Source of the DNA: a virus
Reading direction: 5' to 3' (one strand)
DNA: 43,041 bases
IMG/VR virus record: IMGVR_UViG_3300045988_104271
Position numbers and translations under genes: made by a program. Of this stretch, positions 41,822 through 43,041 are shown piece after piece; within the stretch, counting starts at the first letter, position 1, and each line of letters begins with the position of its first letter. The notes beneath the pieces are model-generated. The model saw nothing but the letters and a program-made list of their open reading frames with translations. It had not been told where the DNA came from and did not search any database.

Positions 41822-42552
41822 ACTCTTACTCCCACCAAGGCCAGCGCGGCCAGTATCATCACAAATCCCACATACACGGGGGCGGAGCCGGTCTGCGGCA
41901 AGTCGGGCGTGCGCACTACCACGCCATCAGCACCCCAAACTGCCGTGGCCTCGGCTTTGATGTGCTGCCCGAGATTCGCCACAAGCGCGGCATCGTCCAT
42001 GTATATCTTGCCCGCGTAGATATCGTCCAGCGTCATGCTCAGCGCATTCAACTCGCGGGTCAGGTCGCTAAGGCCGCCCGCTATGGACACATCTACCGCC
42101 ACGCCATTGCGGCGGGTGAAGGTCAAGCTGCCTATGGTCACGGTATCCCCACTTATGGTCACGGGCTTGCCATCATAGGCCAGCTCCGCCAATGGGGTAG
42201 TATACTTGTATACCGCCCGCACAGCGGGGTATGCGCCTGTGACTATCGCGGCGACTACATCGCCATCAAGATACAGCACGTCCATATCCGTAAGATTGAT
42301 GGTGCCCTGCACGGGGTTGCCTTCGGCATCTGCAAATTTTGCTGTAAAGTACACCACCGTGCCCACCGTTGCAGCCTTACCCGGCGCAGGGGTATAGGCC
42401 GCGCCGCTGGTGGTCGCCACCTTGTCCAGTTTGGTGACAGTCACGGTGTAAGTCGGGGGCGGATTATCCGTGCGTCCCCAGCCCATTGCTACTGCGCCCG
42501 TGCATATGCACAGCAGCACAACGGCAAGCAACATTGCAAAGTATCTTTTCAT
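41806..42552 (-). CDS. Secreted LPXTG cell-wall-anchored surface protein
   Basis: N-terminal signal peptide MKRYFAMLLAVVLLCICTGAVA. The C-terminus has LPQTG (nt 41887-41901), a hydrophobic stretch and RVWAKR. Confidence 0.8.
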   Translation of the reverse strand: MKRYFAMLLAVVLLCICTGAVAMGWGRTDNPPPTYTVTVTKLDKVATTSGAAYTPAPGKAATVGTVVYFTAKFADAEGNPVQGTINLTDMDVLYLDGDVVAAIVTGAYPAVRAVYKYTTPLAELAYDGKPVTISGDTVTIGSLTFTRRNGVAVDVSIAGGLSDLTRELNALSMTLDDIYAGKIYMDDAALVANLGQHIKAEATAVWGADGVVVRTPDLPQTGSAPVYVGFVMILAALALVGVRVWAKR

Positions 42553-42556
42553 TATT

Positions 42557-42754
42557 TTAGCCCTCCTTTGGCTTTATAATCTCTCTGATGGTCTCTAAAA
42601 AGGCCGCCAGCTTTGATACGCTCGGCAGCCCCGTCATGTCATCCACTGCCTCGCGGATACGGTCAAGCTTGGCTTGCAGCTCGTCCCGCTCCGCGCGGTC
42701 AGCCTTTATCCTGCGGTTGTACGCAAGGATTTTTTTGCGCAGCTCGTCTGTCAT
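42557..42754 (-). CDS. Small coiled-coil protein (65 aa)
   Basis: ORF with an ATGA overlap to the upstream stop. Confidence 0.55.
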   Translation of the reverse strand: MTDELRKKILAYNRRIKADRAERDELQAKLDRIREAVDDMTGLPSVSKLAAFLETIREIIKPKEG

Positions 42755-42915
42755 TCCGTCACCCCCGATAGCAGCATATTCAACGCTTCTTCAAGCACCG
42801 CTATTCTTTCTTCCGGCGTGGGTTCAGGCGCGGGCTGGTCTGCCGCAAGCCGCTCAAGTTCTGCTATTTCTGCCGCGGTCATGTCGCGGTATATGCCATT
42901 TTCACAAATTTTCAT
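42751..42915 (-). CDS. Small acidic protein (54 aa), absent from the ORF track
   Basis: Hand translation MKICENGIYRDMTAAEIAELERLAADQPAPEPTPEERIAVLEEALNMLLSGVTE. It has ATGA overlaps at both ends. Confidence 0.5.
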   Translation of the reverse strand: MKICENGIYRDMTAAEIAELERLAADQPAPEPTPEERIAVLEEALNMLLSGVTE

Positions 42916-43041
42916 GCCGTCCATCCTTTCGATAAAACCAAGCAGCGTATCTTCGTTCCTGTGGGCAAGTGGTCATTAGCACCGTTTACATATAATCTAA
43001 TACCATTAAAAATATTATTATAATCGTCATAAAATGTTGCC
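42912..43041 (-). CDS. 3' end of the junction-spanning fibre-like gene (same gene as 1-659)
   Basis: The frame continues from base 1 into 42942 and stops at TGA 42912-42914. The C-terminus reads ...KIRCLVLSKGWTA. Confidence 0.7.
   Translation of the reverse strand, partial: ATFYDDYNNIFNGIRLYVNGANDHLPTGTKIRCLVLSKGWTA
42943..43041. repeat. Terminal overlap, identical to 1-99
   Basis: 99/99 identity. Confidence 0.95.

Larger units (their letters stand above)
1..42942. mobile_element. Complete circularly closed temperate phage genome (unique length 42,942 bp)
   Basis: Full packaging, head, tail-fibre, lysis, lysogeny and recombination/replication modules are present. Bases 1-99 equal 42943-43041, and an ORF is continuous over the junction. 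Confidence 0.85.

Noticed and set aside
41686-42579. 297-aa plus-strand ORF
   Set aside because: It is antisense to the LPXTG protein and the endolysin start. The translation is Arg/Gly/His-rich and there is no RBS.
42943-43041. 99-bp terminal repeat as a genuine phage direct terminal repeat
   Set aside because: The repeat is internal to an ORF that reads through the junction, and it has a length typical of an assembler k-mer overlap. I treat it as a circularisation artefact, though read-terminus analysis is needed to be sure.

Overview
The window is a complete, circularly closed genome (42,942 bp unique) of a temperate phage of a Gram-positive host. Bases 1-99 are identical to 42943-43041, and an ORF reads seamlessly across that junction. 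About 60% is one long minus-strand late operon. It runs TerS, TerL, portal, Prp-like protease, scaffold, major capsid, five virion proteins, a 3,394-aa multi-domain polyvalent protein, tail-fibre genes, an LPXTG surface protein and a lysis cassette. I see no tail tube, sheath or classical tape-measure block, so a podovirus-like virion with ejection proteins seems likely. The plus strand carries a lysogeny switch (tyrosine integrase, CI-like and Cro-like repressors, consensus divergent promoters with repeated CACTTG operators). After it comes an early module: excisionase-like HTH, YqaJ exonuclease, RecT, SSB, a replisome organiser with internal iterons, VRR-NUC, DUF551, a ThyX-like protein and a sigma-like late activator. 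The most unusual region is the accessory island at 25.8-28.7 kb, between the packaging genes and the integrase. It contains a consensus-promoter operon (a tandem zinc-ribbon paralogue fusion plus a small RHH regulator). Next to it is a promoter- and terminator-framed repeat-spacer-repeat unit whose repeats look like type I-C CRISPR repeats, although the genome has no cas genes; this is a mini-array or RNA anti-CRISPR candidate. A three-gene cassette of unknown function follows. All functional calls rest on motifs I recognised by eye; no database search was possible.
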